NCBI GenBank assembly: GCA_951406725.2
Contig: OX597823.1
Location: forward strand, 10,788,001 to 10,852,000
DNA length: 64,000 nt
From: Octopus vulgaris
Lineage: Eukaryota
Direction of reading: 5' to 3'
Program-made: the position numbers and the translations under genes
In this document: piece by piece, positions 39,882 to 54,191 of the stretch
Layout: each line of letters starts with the position of its first letter
How positions within the stretch are numbered: the first letter of the stretch is position 1
The notes under the pieces: generated by a model
The model's database searches: none
What the model was told of the DNA's origin: nothing
The model's input: only the letters and a program-made list of their open reading frames with translations

Positions 39882-40234
39882 ATCTTTTAAACTTTGACCC
39901 AGCAAACCAATGATAAAGACAGTTGAAATTTGGGATCATCTTATCATATTTTTCTATGCTATATATTCATTAACTCTAAAGACAGCTGGTGAATGAGCTG
40001 AGAGAAATATTTGGTTGCTATTTTTCGTGGGTTTTATGACCACGCTGAGGGGCTTTATTTGAATCGAGTTGCTATAGTTAGGTCATGTGATCAGCGATGC
40101 TTCGAAGTCTGTAAACAGTAAAACAACTTGAATTTTCTGTTCAGCAACTGAAGTATTTAAGAGACGACTTACAAAAGCGAAATGATACTTGGCTACTCCA
40201 ACCGATGAGAAACAGGAGCGAAATCTCTCTCAGA

Positions 40235-40277
<43 letters not shown>

Positions 40278-41161
40278 TACATGATGGAAAGACACACTAA
40301 CTCGAAATGTTATTTTTTTTTTACCTGTGGTTGTTTTTTTTATGTATTTTATTACCACTTGAAAATGGCTTGAAAGCATTTAGCCATGCTATTCGAGATG
40401 CAGGAGCGTTTATTTCTATAAAATTTAATATGGAAGCACTTTCTAACTCCACCTTTCTCTTCCTTTCTTTGTCTTTCTCTCCATCTCTCTCTCTCTCTCC
40501 CTCCTTCACCCTCTTTCTCCTTCTCTCTCTCTCTCTCTCTCACTCCTCTCGAAATCCTTGGAACTTCAAGAGACGTAGAATGTTGTCGCAGCGATCGGGT
40601 TATCCTCATGTATCAATGAGAAAGAAATACAATCACTTCCGTGGATTCTTTACTTTCAAATGCAAACGAAAGGTGTAGCATAAGTGGGACCAGTCTAGAT
40701 TATCCTATCGGTCTATGCGGCTGCCTACCCCATCCAGTGGCCGGCAGGTGGATTCCTAGTCTTGTTTGTGAAGGACTGTAGAAGAGGAGCACTGCATTTT
40801 AAGATGAAGAGTGGCTAGCTTAAAAGGCGGCCATATTCGATATTCAGCTTCCAATAGCCTTAAACAAATGGAATCCTCACAATCAACATTTTGATCATGG
40901 ATATTTTCGATCAGATTTGACCTGCGTTAACCAAAAAAAACAACAACCACAAACAATAAAAAGGTATTTACACGATTTCTTGTGAAATAGCAGTCAAATA
41001 TCATTGAAATAAAACTCTAGTTTCTGCGAGATAAAAAACAAAAAGACATTGGATACTCTAGTCCTAGAGGCATCGGAAAAGGAAAAATGTAAAGGTTAGG
41101 CTTGAACACATTTTAGCATAAGGTTGTTCGTTCTGGACTGCATTGATCAACAACAACTCAA

Positions 41162-41162
<1 letters not shown>

Positions 41163-41244
<82 letters not shown>

Positions 41245-41321
41245 TAATAATTATAATAATAATAATAATTATAATAATAATAATAATAATGATAATAATT
41301 ATAATAATGATAATAATAATA

Positions 41322-41414
<93 letters not shown>

Positions 41415-41450
41415 AAGAAGAAGAAGAAGAAGAAGAAGAAGAAGAAGAAG
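41163..41450. repeat. (TAA)n followed by (GAA)n
   Basis: Directly visible. Confidence 0.97.
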
Positions 41451-42047
41451 GAATATATTCACAGACATGACAGAGTTGGAACCTACATACACTGGGAGCT
41501 ATGCCAACATTATGGAATGACAACAGAAAAAAGATGGTATAGGCACATACCAGAAAAGGTCACAGAAAACGAGAAAGCAACCATACTCTGGGATATGCCG
41601 ATACACACAAATAGAAAAATTAAGGCCAACAGACCAGATATAGTTGTCAGAGATCATGAAGAAAAAATGCTTTCTAATTGATGTATCAATCCCGGCAGAT
41701 GACAACGTGACACTAAAAGAAATGGAGAAAATTTCAAAATACAAAGACCTGGAAATAGAGGTAACCAGAATGTGGAATCTAAAAACAGAAACAATTCCTA
41801 TCATAGTTGGTGCATTAGGCATGATAAAAAAATATTCTGACAAATACATAACAAAAACACCAGGACTTACAAACACATATAACATACAGAAAATTGCACT
41901 ACTAGGCACTGCACACATCCTACGCAGAACACTTTCCATACAATAACCATCAGAGCATTACAACAAATCACAGCACATACCCAAGGCGCACAGAGCTGCG
42001 CTCGGTAGTGAAGTGAAAGCACGTTATAAAAATAAAACTACTGGATG
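41451..42047 (+). mobile_element. 5'-truncated Dong/R4-clade non-LTR retrotransposon (restriction-like endonuclease plus 3' UTR) in (TAA)n
   Basis: RHD, ILWD, NRPDIVV, LIDVSIP, KISKYKDL, PIIVGALG motifs; frameshift near 41665; stop at 41946. Dong elements are known to target TAA repeats. Confidence 0.9.
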
Positions 42048-42117
<70 letters not shown>

Positions 42118-42141
42118 TAATAATAATAATAATAATAATAA
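42048..42141. repeat. (TAA)n microsatellite
   Basis: Directly visible. Confidence 0.97.
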
Positions 42142-42721
42142 TATTCGGCTGTCCGTTGAAAAACAGTCAGTAAATTAAAATTATTCGGCCAAAGCTGATT
42201 AAAAAAAGAATCTCTTTGAAATGTTTCTAAAAGTTCATCCTGAAAGCAACACATTAAAAATATATATTCAATGTCAATCACTTTCAGGAATTTTGATTCT
42301 GAAATCTTCGGAAGGTTTTCTTTCAGTTTTAAATATTCATATTAGGTGTTCTTTACTACTTCCTCTTCTGCCACACTCTTCACAGAAGATTCACAAATAT
42401 TGATTGATTTTTCGGATGTGAAAATGTTGGCATAAGATTTTAAAGAAATCTGAAAGTTAATGTAAGGTACAAAATGGAATGTAAAAAGAGAATCAAAAAG
42501 AAATTTTTCATTTTCACGATTATAATTTATTGCAAATCAAGGACCATTTCTATGATTTTGAATTTTAAATGAAGGAATCCAGGAATTACGGTACATTACA
42601 CATAGATCCCTTAGAATTTTAATGTAGGGATCGCCTCTATATTTTGATATATTCTTACATTTTAGACAGAAGCTTCCACTTCCAGCAGTAGCATATGTTT
42701 CTACCTTCCTCTACAATATAG

Positions 42722-43870
42722 ATTTCAAATTTTAGCTCAAGGTGAACAATTTCGGGGATGGGAGTAAGCCGATTACATCGACCCCAATATTGAATTTATA
42801 CTTATTTGATTGGCTCCGAAAGCATGAGAAGCGAGATCAACCTCGGCAGAATTTGAGGTCTGAACGCAAAGACGTCAGAGCTCAAAGATGAAATGCCGTT
42901 CAGAATTTTGCCCGGCGTGGTAAAGTTTCGGCCAACTCGCCGCCTTACAAACTTACTCTATATTATTGGCTTCAATGTTTGGCACAAGGTCATGAATTTC
43001 AGTGAGAGCAAATTTGATTATATGGACTCCCAATTCTCTACTGGTACATGTTTTATCTACCCTGAAAGGATAAACAGCAAAATGGACCTCCGTGTAACTC
43101 GAACTCAGAACATAAAGACAGACGAAATGCCGGGAAGCATTTTGTCCGGCGCGCTAACGATTCTTACTTCTTTATTGCCCATATGGGGCTAAACACAGAG
43201 GGGACAAACAAGGACAGACAAAGAGATTAAGTCGATTACATCAATCCCAGTGCGTAACTGGTACTTAATTTATCGACACTAAAAGGATGAAAGGCAAAGT
43301 CGACATCGGTGGAATTTGAACTCAGAACGTAACGGCAGACGAAATACATATTTCTGTACTATCCACAAGGGGCTAAACACAGAGGGGACAAACAAGGACA
43401 GACAAACGGATTAAGTCGATTACATCGATCCCAGTGCGTAACTGGTACTTAAAGGCAAAGTCGACATAATCGATCCCGAAAGAATGAATGATCCCAGTGC
43501 GTCACTGGTACTTATTTAATCGACCCCGAATGGCAAAGTCGACCTCGAAAGGCAAAGTCGAATTTGAACTCAGAACGTAGCGGCAGACGAAATACCGCTA
43601 GGCATTTCGCCCGGCGTGCTAACGTTTCTGCCAGCTCGCCACCTTACCTTCCTTTATAATATTAGTTTCAAATTATAGCGCAAGGCCAGACATTTCGAGG
43701 GTGGGGGTAAAGTCGATTACGTCGACCCCACTGATCAATTGTTACTTAACATATCAACCCCGAAAGGAAAATCAATCTCGGCGGAATTTGAACTCAAAAC
43801 TTAAAGACAGACGAAATGCCGGGAAGAATTTTATCCGACGTGCTAACAACTCTGCTAGCTTGCTGCTTTA
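42722..43870 (-). mobile_element. Cluster of SINE type A copies of mixed age, including a multimer at ~43168-43645
   Basis: Repeated reverse-complement SINE-A motifs; scrambled junction at 43450-43560. Confidence 0.85.
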
Positions 43871-44477
43871 CCATCCTGTATAATATTGAAGCCTAATCGT
43901 GTGAGAGATGATATCATCTCAATTGGGACTTGAATAAAATTGGAGATATCGATTTCAAAGTCTGTATACGCCACTTGTCAAAATGTTCTATAATGTTCTA
44001 GAATGCAATAATAATGCAAGAAAGCAAAATATATTTCCAGCGAACAGATTTTAAAGTTATTAATACATTATGCTGATTAAATGTTATCAAAGAAATCCTC
44101 AGATGTTTCGTTTGCCGAATCTAAAAAAAGAGAAAAAAAATCATTCTTTTTTATACACACTCTTTTTTCACTAAACCATCCTCGGTGTACATGAAAGACT
44201 TTCACAGAGAGTAAGTTCAGAAGACTTACATTGCGCTTGGGCATTTGCTTTGTATAAACAGCTATGTGATAGATAATAATCTGCGATTGTGCTTACATAG
44301 CTAAAACATCTGTACCAATGACTTTGCTTACATCTAACTTAATTAATATCCAAGGACTTAAAACAACTGTATTATGTTAGAATCATGGTAAACATTAAAA
44401 TATGAATTTCATCACATATAATAGTAAGTAGGTCTGCACACACACACACACACACATGCATATACAAACATACACAC

Positions 44478-44540
<63 letters not shown>

Positions 44541-44603
44541 AATACAGAGAGAAATAGGTAGATAGATAGATAGATACAAACACACACACATACACACGCG
44601 CAC

Positions 44604-44640
<37 letters not shown>

Positions 44641-44833
44641 CAGAGAGAGAGAAAAATAGGTAGATAGATAGATACATACATACACACATACACACATGCA
44701 AATATATACGAATGTGTGTTTAGACAGATACATGCATACATACATAACACATGCATATATACACACACATACATACATTCATACATACATGCATACATAC
44801 ATTCATACTTGTATGCATGCATATATGCATATA

Positions 44834-45693
44834 TACGAGGGGGCACCCAAAAGAAACTAGATTTTACAATATTATTTTATTCCCTTAGTTTTCCATGTTT
44901 ACGCTTTTATCGCCTTCAAAGTATCCCCCATTTGAAGCAATGCATTGGTTCAGATGTGTTTTCCATTGTTGGAAGCAATGTTGGAACGCTTGTAAAGAGA
45001 TGCTTTTTCAACACCTCCGTCGTTCTTTTCTTCACATCTCCCACATCTGCAAAATCCGTAACACCAGCTTTCATCACCAGTGATGACCTTCTAATAAAGG
45101 TCTACATCAACTTCTAATTGCTGTTTCAGTTCACGTGACTGCTTTTGATCTTCCGTGAGCAAACGAAGCACAAATTTTGCTGCAGCTCTTTTCAGTCGTT
45201 GGCAGGAGCTGCAGGACACGACTATCATATCAACAAGTTCGTCAATTGTCCAGTGACGGTCTTCCAAGATCAGTTCATGAATTTTCATGTTTTTATTCGT
45301 TCCGGATGTCGATGTTCGTCTTGAACGAGGTTGATCATCAAGAGATAAGTGACCGTTCCTAAAGCTTGAAAACCACTCGTAAAATTGTGTTTTGCTCATG
45401 GCAGCGTTACCTTGTAAGATACTCGAAGTATGACAACTGTTTCAATCGCCGTTTTCAGAATTTCACGGAAGTGCGCTGTTCCTTCGTTTCAATCAAATCA
45501 AAAATTGTCGAACAGGCGAGAAACACTGCAAAACAAAGATGCACAACATGGCAGTCCGACCTCAACCGAAGACGCCGGTCGGCAGAGTGATGCCCGTAGG
45601 TTGCATCAAACGGCTTCAAGCGGCGGAAGTCCGAACTACAGCGGGCTTATACTAGAGAGAGAGTTTCCGGTTAATTTCGGGTAACCTCTCGTA
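44834..45693 (-). mobile_element. Internally deleted mariner transposon
   Basis: TIR-like ends tacgagggg.../...cctctcgta; remnants YEWF..F..G..SL.D..RS.R and AKFVLRLLT.DQK; C-terminus FQQWK...CIASNGGYFEGD; catalytic core missing. Confidence 0.85.
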
Positions 45694-45694
45694 A

Positions 45695-46220
<526 letters not shown>

Positions 46221-46757
46221 GGTAGATATGAATGTATGTGCATGTATGTATGTTCAATGCTAAATCTTGTTCGTAAGTAAAGAATTCAGAATTTAAGCAA
46301 GAATTCTAGAAGTGTGCATTAAAATACTATTAGTGTGTGCTCTACAAAGAACTCTATAATTGAATTATGTCTAAAATCTTATTTCTGCTAGAGGAATATA
46401 CTGTTATTTTATTAACTTTTCAGTCGATCTTGATAGATCATGTCTCTTCTTCATATGTACATAGATTGACAACGTAAGAAATGTGTAAACATGTGTCTTG
46501 AGTGCGTATATGTAGAAGCATTACGGCCACTTACGGTTTTGTTACTAAGAAGCCTCCTACACAGAAGTGCGTTTTGGCTGGGCTATATACACATATATAC
46601 AACCACAAGCACGCTCATACACCCATATATATATATACATACACAGATACACACACACACACACATAGTCGCACACATACATACACATATACATGTATGT
46701 ATGTGTGTGTGTCTGCGTGAATATACATATATGTAATTTGTGTACACACACACACAG

Positions 46758-46796
<39 letters not shown>

Positions 46797-46797
<1 letters not shown>

Positions 46798-46923
46798 CAT
46801 AGGCGTTGCTGTGTGGTTAGAAGCTTGCTTCCCAGCCACATGGTTCCGGTTTCAGGCCCTCCGCATGGCACCTTCGGCAAGTGGATTTTGTAGACGGAAA
46901 CTGAAAGAAGCCATCGTATATAA

Positions 46924-46955
<32 letters not shown>

Positions 46956-47027
46956 GTATGTATGTATGTATGTATGTGTATATATGAAATTAATTTAGAC
47001 AGCACTATACAATGTTTCACCAAAAGC

Positions 47028-47082
<55 letters not shown>

Positions 47083-47290
47083 GTATTTTTGTGTCTCTGA
47101 TTGTTCTCCATGACAAGCATGACAACCGGTGTTGGTGTGTTTACGTCCCCGTAACTTAGCAGTTCAGAAAAAGAAACATAGAATAACTGTGCCTAAAAGA
47201 ATAAATTCCGGGGCCGATTTGTTCGACTAAAAACTTTCAAGACGGTGCTGCAGCATGGCCGCAGTCAAATGACTGAAACAAGTAAAAGAT
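46797..47290 (+). mobile_element. SINE type B with an expanded or interrupted middle
   Basis: Head and tail match SINE-B. Confidence 0.85.
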
Positions 47291-47319
47291 ATGCTTATAT
47301 ATATATATATATATATATA

Positions 47320-47704
47320 AAAAGCAATAAAGATTCAAGTTAATTTAAATGATATTGAATATGGTACCTAACTTAGATGCACCAAAAAAACTATATGATT
47401 TAACAATACAGTAATGTGGGGTGATTATAAGCGAGAATGAAGCAACAAGAATGGATAGGTTTTTAGTACAATCGTTTCATACAAGGACAGGCTTTATTAA
47501 AAGTTGCAAAAATTACAGATATAAACGTGTCCCGTACTCATCAGCTAAAATACATGTGAGTTCTCTAGACATCCTAGTGGTTGAGGCTATACTCATGAAG
47601 TAATGTAGATAATTAAGTAACATAAACAGATTTCAAAGTTCATTAAAGTTCTTTAAAGATGATGTACAGTCTTTAAAACCTATCCATTCTTGTTCTTCAT
47701 TCTC

Positions 47705-47705
<1 letters not shown>
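47320..47705 (-). mobile_element. PLE-like fragment with an inverted end (47432-47463 versus 47675-47705) and a decayed HHR (47521-47547)
   Basis: Minus strand tag-CTGATGA-GTAC-gggac-ACGT-tta, similar to the 3007-3049 motif; bounded by TA tracts. Confidence 0.55.
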
Positions 47706-47762
<57 letters not shown>

Positions 47763-47785
47763 GCACACACACATGCGCGTATACA

Positions 47786-48155
47786 TGTGTGGTAAGTAGC
47801 TTGTTCAATCCGATTGCGATGCACCTTGGGCAAGTGTCTTCTGCTATAGCCGCGGGCCGACCAAAGCCTTCTAAGTGGATTTGGTAGACGGAAACTGAAA
47901 GAAGCCCGTCGTATATATGTATATGTGTGTGTGTGTGTGTTTGTGTGTTTGTGTGTCTGTGTTTGTTCCCTCCCCCCAACATTGCTTGACAACCGATGGT
48001 GGTGTGTTTACGTACCCGTAACCTAGCGGTTCGGTAACAGAGGCCGATAGAATAAGTACTAGGCTTACAATGAATAAGTCCTGGAGTCAATTTGCTCGGC
48101 TAAAGGCGGTGCTCCAGCATGGCCGCAGTCATAGGACTGAAACAAGTAAAAAGAG
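47786..48155 (+). mobile_element. SINE type B
   Basis: Matches the other copies. Confidence 0.88.
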
Positions 48156-48353
48156 TAGAAAAAGAGAATGTGTGTATTAGTGTGTGTGTGTGTGTGTGTG
48201 TAGGTCAGTCTTCTTGCAGCGTCCTTCTACTAAATCCTCTCACAGAGCTTTATTTGGTCCAAGGCTACAGTATTAATAGAAATCCCCAGCTGAAGGTGCC
48301 ACGCAGTGGAACTAATCTTAGAACCATGTGGTTGGGAAACATACATTTATATC

Positions 48354-48426
<73 letters not shown>

Positions 48427-48444
48427 CATATATATATATATATA

Positions 48445-48843
48445 TCTTTATATATAAAAGTCAAGTTGTGTGTCTCTCTCCTACGATTTAGATTCCAAAC
48501 TACTCCCACATTTTGCGGTGCAGTTAAACCAAAACCGGGTATCTTATAGTCGTGATTCATATCGAGCCCTTCTGAGTATTAGCGCACGTCTACGATGAGT
48601 CTACGATTTTAAAAATAATTTACCATCATTTTTTTCCATTTTAATGTATTTTTTCGCTATTATATAAGGGAAGTAACTCTCTAAAAATATCTACGATGAG
48701 TCAACGATTTAAAAAAAAATTTACCATAATTTTTTTCCATTTTTAATGCATTTTTTTGCTATTTTTTTTGGCTATAATTCTCTAAAAATGCTTATATAGT
48801 TATTTCCCTTTCAAACCCGAGCAACGCCGGGCGATACTGCTAG
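48445..48843 (+). mobile_element. Non-autonomous Helitron
   Basis: a|TC...hairpin...CTAG|t; two internal repeat units. Confidence 0.88.
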
Positions 48844-48861
48844 TATATATATATATATATA

Positions 48862-48915
<54 letters not shown>

Positions 48916-49035
48916 CTTTTATTCAAAGTCTTCTTGTTCTCCATTCATGGACTTTACAATAATAAAAACAACGTCCCTTTTTGAATTTCAGAGAAAATAC
49001 ACGCGCGTAAACACACACATATGTATATATAAACA

Positions 49036-49268
49036 TAAAACAGAAACTGACCCTATAGGGTTCAAGAAGTCTTTGGACAGATTCCTTCAAGAAATCCCGG
49101 ATAAACCCCCTACACCCGGATATGTCTCTGTAATCAATAACTCTCTACTTGAGTGGGCCATAGTGCCCAAATTCTGACTTGAAAGACTTCACCAGGTGGT
49201 GCTATTAAGTTAGACATGGCCTGGGCCAATAATGGCCGAAACCTATCAAAGTATCAAAGTATCAAAGT
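49036..49268 (+). mobile_element. 3' end of a LINE related to 21648-24137
   Basis: ETD...KSLD.FLQ..PDKP.TPGYVS..NNSLLEWA..PK-stop; similar UTR; tail (tatcaaag)3. Confidence 0.9.
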
Positions 49269-49461
49269 ATATATCTACCTACATGTGGGTATGTATATAT
49301 TATATATACAACACACACACACACAAACACATACACACACATTCACATATATATTGTGGGTAGAGAATTTGATTTTGAAAATACACCAGAATTTGAAAAG
49401 TAAGTCATTGTTTTTAAGTAGATTTATTCACATATATATATATGAAGCTAGTTTAAACAGT

Positions 49462-49728
49462 AGAGGTACAATGGCCCAGTGGTTAGGGCAGCGGACGAGT
49501 GGTCGTAGGATCGCTTTCGATTCCCAGACCGCACGTTGTGAGTGTTTATTGAGCGGAAACACCTAAAGCTCCACGCGGTTCCTGCTGTACTCTTTCACCG
49601 CTTTCTTTCACTCTTTCTTCCTGTTTCTTTTGTATTTCAATGGGCCAACCTTGTCACACTACTCAGCCACTTACACATTAATTTCACGAGCAGGCTGTTC
49701 TGTTGATCGGATCAACTGGAACCCTCGT
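49462..49728 (+). mobile_element. SINE type C, internally deleted
   Basis: tggcccagtggttagggcagcgg head; shared tail. Confidence 0.82.
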
Positions 49729-49795
49729 TTATAAAACAATGAGATTTTAACAGAGTTTAAAATTACGAAGCAATGTGTGTATGTGTTTGTACATA

Positions 49796-50191
49796 TCTTT
49801 ATACATAAAAGTGAGGTTGTGTGCTCTGTCTCCTACGATTTAGATTCCTAACTACTCCCACATTTTGCGATGCAGTTTAACCAAAACCAGGTATCTTATA
49901 GTCGTGATTCATATCGAGCCCTTCTCGTTATTAGCGCGCGTCTACGATTAGTCTACGATTAAAAAAAAAAAATTACCATCAATTTTTCCCATTTTTAATG
50001 CATTTTTGGCATATATAAGGGAAGTAACTCTCTAAAAATTTATTATTAAATCTCAGAACGTAAAAAGCTATAGTAACACCCCCCCCTTTGTGGTTAGCCA
50101 TATTGAGATGGCTATTATACTTTACATCTCTAAAAATGCTTATATAGTTATTTCCCTTAAAAACCCGAGCAACGCCGGGCGATACTGCTAT
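49796..50191 (+). mobile_element. Non-autonomous Helitron with a ~90-bp alternative internal segment
   Basis: TC start; hairpin; CTAT end. Confidence 0.82.
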
Positions 50192-50379
50192 TATATAATA
50201 TAATATATTAGCAGAATGAAAATTAAAACGGAAGAAGCACGGGGAAAATTTCGTCATTTTTACTAATCAACTTGAAAGCTGATTACGACAGGTATTGCCT
50301 CAATACCCTAACACTGTGTATACAGTACACTTACGTAGGCATAGTAGGAATTGTTTGGGGTATCTTCTTTTCTTCTTTC

Positions 50380-50890
50380 ACACGTTTCAGGCATTTGACT
50401 GCAGCCATGCTGGAGCACCTTTAGTCGAAGAAATTTACCCCCAAGACTTATTCTTTGTAAGCCTAGTACTTATTCTATCGGACTCTATTGCCGAACCACT
50501 ATGTTATGGGGACGTAAACACACCAACATCAGCTGTCAAGCGTTGGTGGAGGGACAAAAATACAGACACAAAAAAACAAAAGACGAAGACGAGCGTGTAA
50601 AGAACAAACAGGTGTATTAGTTTAACGCTCGGGAAGTGAGAAAGTCTTTTACTTTTCGAGCCTACGCTCTTCGACAGAAAGGAACACAGAAATAAGCAGA
50701 GAGAGAAAATAGAAAAGGGTTTTGTGGCTGACGATCTATCATGGCGAATGCCGGATATACACGACGGGCTTCTTTCAGTTTTCGTCCACCAACTCCTCTT
50801 GCAAGGCTTTGGTCGGCCCGAGGCTATAGCAGAAGACACTTGTCCAAGGTGGCACGCAGTGGGACTGAACACGGAACCACGGGGAAGGGA
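50380..50890 (-). mobile_element. SINE type B interrupted by a PLE-like HHR-family copy (50575-50757, minus strand)
   Basis: SINE halves flank the insert; minus-strand motif CTTT-CTGTCGA-A-GAG CGTAGG CTC-GAAAA-GTA-AAAG at 50646-50681. Confidence 0.8.
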
Positions 50891-51059
50891 TGCAAGCTTC
50901 GCACGCAGCTAAGCCTGAGCCTAGCATCCCGTAAACATTTTATCTTCTTCCTGGGATTCACCATGAACGACATAGAAGCCAGTCCGACATTCGGTGATAT
51001 GTTATCCAGAGAGTTAATCAGCAGTAGTTTCATTTTCATTGATACATTTAATACAAATG

Positions 51060-51387
51060 GGAAGCACTCCGTCGGTTACGACGATGAGGGTTCCGGTTGA
51101 TCCGAATCAACGGAACAGCCTGTTCGTGAAATTAACGTGTAAGTGGCTGAGCACTCCACAGACACGTGTACCCTTAACGTAGTTCTCGGGGATATTCAGC
51201 GTGACACAGAGAGTGACAAGGCCGGCCCTTTGAAATACAGGTACAACAGAAACAGGAAGTAAGAGTGAGAGAAAGTTATGGTGAAAGAGTGCAGCAGGGA
51301 TCACCACCATCCCCTGCCGGAGCCTCGTGGAGCTTTTAGGTGTTTTCGCTCAATAAACACTCACAACGCCCGGTCTGGGAATCGAAA
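51060..51387 (-). mobile_element. SINE type C, 5'-truncated, with TSD
   Basis: TSD atttaatacaaatg at 51046-51059 and 51388-51401. Confidence 0.9.
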
Positions 51388-52533
51388 ATTTAATACAAAT
51401 GATACGTTTGAGAACTGAAATAACACTTGGCCTTACTTTGGTTTGAACTGACTTCGTCATCATTAATTTAAATTCGCCTTGATATTTCCTATAAACCCGT
51501 GCCTCATCAGCAGTAAAACTCCTCGTGAAAAATACTGGGAGATCAGAATCAAATTTGTTAACAAAAGATGTTGCACAACTCAGCATCTTTTTGCCATTGA
51601 ATGCTGATGTCTAAAGTTAAATGAATTCATCAATAACTAATCTTATTCTTATTCAGGGGTTCATTAAACATTTGCCAAGTAGAACTTTTAGTTACGTACA
51701 ACCTGGGCTCGTCACTAATTCTGTGTAGACTTCATTTATAGAAATTGAAGGACGCTTTGAGTCTTACCGTTCTCTAAAGAGTTCCTTCCATTCCCGTATA
51801 GGTAGTGGAACCATTGCTTTATGGCCATACAACGTTTCCAACTACTTTATCCAGCTCGTCATAAAATCCTCCTATGGTTTTGTATTGCGGTTATTTCTGG
51901 AAAGATCTTTTGTGATGTAAGAATATAATTACCAATAATTTATAATTATACAATGTGTACATTTGCTTCTTTCTTATTAATCTTTGTACAATGTAGTTAT
52001 TTTAATGTATAATATTTTTTGGCACTAACTTTTAGGCGTCCGAGAACTAATTGTTTTTAACGAACTATCACTGTTTATATCACATGAACGTTTCTCATAT
52101 ATAATTGCATTGAATAAGAAAACTCCCTTGAGGCATCGTCTTTTAGGCATATTTTTGAGTCATCAAGAAAGTCACTATAATCCATCTTCATATCTGTGTG
52201 TTTATGTGTAGTTCTCTGTGTGTGTGTAACTGTGTGCATGTGTGTGCGTGTCTGTGTGTCTAAGATTGTGTGCATGTGTGTGTGAGTGCGTGTGTGTCTG
52301 TGACTGTGTGCATGTGTGTGTGAGTGTGTGTGTGTCTGTGACTGTGTGAATGTGTGTGTGAGTGTGCGTCTGTATGCCTGTGTGTTTGTGAGTGTATGTG
52401 TGTATTAAGCACACTTACATCTCTCCAACTGAGATGAGCGTGTTTTGTTGAAGAGACCTAAGAAGGCCGAAAAATCCTTGTTCCTTGGATTTAAAAACCA
52501 AATTCCTTTCAAGTGATAATACTATTTTTGCCA

Positions 52534-52933
52534 AAGGCGACGAGCTAGCAGAAACATTAGCACGCCGGGCGAAATGCGTAGCCGTATTTCGTCTGCCGTT
52601 ACGTTCTGAGTTCAAATTCTGCCGAGGTCGACTTTGCCTTTCATCCTTTCGGGGTCGATAAATTAAGTACCAGTTACGCACTGTGGTCGATATAATCGAC
52701 TTAATCTGTTTGTCTATCCTTGTTTGTCCTCTCTGTGTTTAGCCCCTTGTGGGTAATAAAGAAATAGGTATTTCGTCAGTCTTTTCGTTCTGAGTTCAAA
52801 TTCCGTTAAGGTCGACTTTGCCTTTCATCCTTTTGGGATCGATAAATTAATTACCAGTAGCGTGCTGGGGTCGTTCTAATCAACTGAGCCCCTCCCCCAA
52901 AATTTAGGGCCTTTTACCTAGAGTAGAAAAGTA
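52534..52933 (+). mobile_element. SINE type A heterodimer (tail 1 plus tail 2)
   Basis: Junction aaagaaata|ggtatttcgtc; degenerate TSD atactatttttgccaa / atattattattgccaa. Confidence 0.9.
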
Positions 52934-53136
52934 TATTATTATTGCCAATTTTATGAGCAACTAACCTTATTGGACTTATATAATTTTTATTATTGCTTTA
53001 GATATTTTAAACATCATTGAGGGGTGGAAATTTTTTCTAAAAACTGTTTGGATATCATTAGATTACACGTGAGTCTCTACCGTGCATGCAAAACTTTATT
53101 TCGAGCTATCCTCCCTGAGTCATAATGTTGATATAC

Positions 53137-53179
<43 letters not shown>

Positions 53180-53393
53180 AAAGTAAGATAGGGGTTATGA
53201 GGGTAACCCACTATAGGATATCAGTTACCCAATAGTTTATTTGTATTATTTTTATTGTATTACTAATTTGCATATTGATGTATATTGTTTTGTTCGATTT
53301 TCAAGTTCCTATTCGTATAATTAATAAATAATATGAAATTGTAATATCTGTAAGTTGATGATCGAAATGAATTTGTTCCTCCATTTTCTTATT

Positions 53394-53425
<32 letters not shown>

Positions 53426-53426
<1 letters not shown>

Positions 53427-53922
53427 TAGCAGTATCGCCCGGCGTTGCTCTGGTTTGTAAGGGAAATAACTATATAAGTATTTTTAGAGAGTTACTTCCT
53501 TTATAGATGCCAATTCTGGCTTTCTTAGCCATTTCTGTTTTGGTGTCTTCAAGCCATGAAGTCGTTGTTCTAAAAGAACGCTGGTCTCCTTGACAACGCA
53601 TTACGACGTTGATTTCCTTACACTCCCTTCCCCACAGCTTCACGAGGGAGGGAAGAAAGGGGAGAAGCAAACAGGTGCAGGTGTGACCATGGACGCCAAC
53701 TCCGCCGTCATCGGCACACGAAAAATTATGCATTAAAACGGAATAAAAAATGATGTTAAATTATTTTTAAAATCGTAGACTCATCGTAGACGCGCGCTAA
53801 TAGCCAGACGGGCTTGATATTAATCACGACTATAAGATACCCGAATTTGGTTAAACTGCACCGCAAAATGTGGGAGGAGTTAGGAATCTAAATCGTAGGA
53901 GACAGACACTCACACAACTACA

Positions 53923-53934
<12 letters not shown>
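53426..53934 (-). mobile_element. Non-autonomous Helitron with a ~230-bp unique internal segment
   Basis: a|CTAGcagtatcgcccggcgttgctc is the reverse complement of the 3' end; the 5' part matches the other copies. Confidence 0.85.
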
Positions 53935-53960
<26 letters not shown>

Positions 53961-54149
53961 ATCAATATAGGGTGGCAAAAAAAATTTTGTAGAATTTTTT
54001 TGCCACCAGCGGCCTAGTGGGAAAAAATTAAATAGTCATAGACCATTTATAAGTTCAACATCACAATCAAGGAACGGCCATAATAGGCCATTCACCCACT
54101 AGAAATAACAGCCAAAGCTTTAACCGCAAAATAACATTAATATATATAT

Positions 54150-54191
<42 letters not shown>

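Noticed and set aside
49215-49250. GGCC...GGCC-GAAAC resembling hammerhead stem II plus GAAA
   Set aside because: No adjacent CTGANGA or stem III; better explained as the LINE 3' stem-loop.
51478-51515. CTGATGAG...GAAA on the minus strand
   Set aside because: No stem II or stem I pairing; probably chance.
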